From Mustelus asterias (Eukaryota): DNA of 64,000 nt. The notes under the pieces were generated by a model. It worked only from the letters and a program-made list of their open reading frames with translations, ran no database searches and was not told the DNA's origin. This document shows positions 62,085 to 64,000 of this stretch, one piece after another. Position 1 is the first letter of the stretch; each line of letters starts with the position of its first letter. Both the position numbers and the translations under genes were made by a program. The stretch spans positions 16,492,001 to 16,556,000 of the forward strand of contig NC_135830.1 of assembly GCF_964213995.1 (NCBI RefSeq). The letters are read 5' to 3'.

Positions 62085-62347
62085 CTTAGTTAAAAGTAAT
62101 ATATTGGTAACACGTAAGGCTGACATGAACATTGGAATGAACTTACAGTGAAATTCCCCGAGTCGCCACAGTCCACCGCCTGCTTGGGTCAATGCACGTC
62201 TTTCAGAATATGGGCGGAAACCGGAGCAAACCCACGCAGACACGGGGAGAATGTACAAATTCCGCACAGACAGTGATCCAAGCCAGGAATCAAACCCAGG
62301 TCCCTGGTGTTGCGAACACAGCAGTGCTAACCACTGTGCTGCCGTGT
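62085..62347 (-). mobile_element. HE1-related SINE
   Basis: CACGGCAGCACAGTGGTTAGCACTGC..GGGTTTGATTCCTGG..CACTGTCTGTGCGGAATTTG. Confidence 0.8.
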
Positions 62348-63219
62348 GGATTGGATCCATGAGCGGTGATTTTCATGATCGCTCGGGGTAGTGGGGCTGG
62401 CTATGGCAGAGCGGTGAGCAGGAGTGGAGAGCATCGATATCTCTGAACATGACCATGATATTTTGAAGCCAATTTGTATTGACGGAAGAGAGTCCAATGC
62501 AGATCAAATAGCCAGGGCTGGTGGTGCTGTTGGTCAGTATGGGGGCAGGGGAAAGGATTGGGGAGGGAGGGGGTGCGAGTGCGGGTTAATGCGTGCGCTG
62601 GTCGCGGCTGGTGAGTTGAAATGTGCACTGTTCGTTTCGAAAAGTTCTGATTGCATTCACGTGTTTTGGAGGGGCGTCCATCAGAGTAGTTTTGAAATCT
62701 GCATTCTTGAGATAACAAGGAACTGATGAACCTTTTGGGTGAGTTCGCAAGAAAGGACACTGTCTGAAAGGTCAAGTCGCTGCCAGCCGACTTGCATATT
62801 TGCAGTACCTCTGATATGTTCCGATATATATGTGTGAACTGGTGAAGTATCTGATGAAGTTTGCATGGCAAAATGAGGCAGTGAAAAACAAAGAAGCAAA
62901 TGTCTGCTTAAAACATTCTGTGTGGAACAACTAATTACCACAATTACATAATTGATGATAAAGCAAAACAAGCTGCAATGAGTGGGTCAGATCCAAACCG
63001 AAAACGGAAATGTTAATATGTAGAAGATTTGTAAACTCTCCATCATTTATTTTCCCTCCGAACAGAAACTGTTTTTTTCTGGAGCATAGATTATTGTCCC
63101 TGTCAACGGCAGTTAAAATGCAGGTTTTAATTGAGCTGGAATTTATACAATAGTTTGAATTTAGCAACGAGATGAATATGTTTAAGAAACATAATATGAA
63201 ACTTTCATTATTCTATTAG

Positions 63220-63534
63220 AACACAAGCTGTTAAGGCTCTCTGGCGGTGGAAGCCGATGTGCGGGCCGACTGGAGATTTATCACAATGGGACCTGGGGCT
63301 CAGTTTGTGATGATTCCTGGGATCTGACAGACGCTGACGTGGTTTGCAAGCAGCTGGATTGTGGACACGCATTGCGGCTTCCTCTTCATACATCGGCTGG
63401 ACCTGACGCAGACCCAATTTGGTTGGATGAGCTGGAATGCTCCGGGAGTGAATCATTTCTCTGGGAATGTCCCCATGCATTGTGGGGGAACCACGACTGT
63501 AATCATAAAGAAGATGTGAAGATCATGTGCTCTG
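63220..63534 (+). CDS. SRCR domain exon 5 (gene continues beyond the window)
   Basis: HKLLRLSGGGSRCAGRLEIYHNGTWGSVCDDSWD..CNHKEDVKIMCS; 315 nt. Confidence 0.93.
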
Positions 63535-64000
63535 GTAACTGTCCTAACTTCAGTTACATTAGAACTTTCATACATGAGATATGTTCCTGATATACCTAAG
63601 GACGGCGCTTACCCTTCTGTCAAATCCCTCTCTGACTTTTTTTATTCTGGGCGTAATTATTGCTAAAGTATTTCGACAGCCGACTTCTAATGTGTTGCCT
63701 TATGTTTCTTTATCCCTCATTTCCTGACATAAATGCATCTTCCACTTAATATCACTGACTATTCTGATCACGAGCCTTAAGTTTCATCAGGTTATGTGTA
63801 AAATGTTCCGGATAACGACATTATTTTGCAAAGATATTTGATTTAATCACTTATTTCTCAAGAAGCATGCTGTCACTTTATTCTTCGCATCAAAATTCGC
63901 TCCATTCCACTTAGCAGGACGAAAACTAAGTTGTCATTGGCATGTGTATCCTGCCTGGTATTAACATTTTGATACATACTTTGCAGTCCTCTTCAGTATT

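Overview
Vertebrate, almost certainly elasmobranch (shark) genomic DNA, judged by HE1-type SINEs, CR1/HER1-type LINEs, Rex1/Babar LINEs and Penelope-like elements. It has three parts. (1) 1-1.4 kb, minus strand: a complete, open T-cell receptor alpha/delta-type V gene segment (leader exon 1206-1257, V exon 38-341, 23-RSS at 1-37) with a CRE/E-box/AP-1/ETS promoter. The ORF track misses it. (2) About 2-37 kb: a segmentally duplicated Pol III cluster with about 4 plausibly intact tRNA genes (Gln-TTG, Ile-TAT with intron, Leu-AAG, Glu-TTC), about 17 decayed tRNA copies and a full-length 7SL RNA gene. It also holds two decayed tRNA-Pro copies with an 18-nt canonical-position intron and a tandem pair of U2-snRNA-headed structured inserts with target-site duplications. 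(3) About 47.7-64 kb, plus strand: the 5' part of a group-B SRCR (CD163/SCART/WC1/DMBT1-like) gene with a leader, a mini-exon and five SRCR exons, running off the window. A near-full-length CR1, a hAT deletion derivative and Penelope termini with minimal hammerhead ribozyme motifs lie between and within these parts. All calls were made by eye; TE boundaries are approximate.
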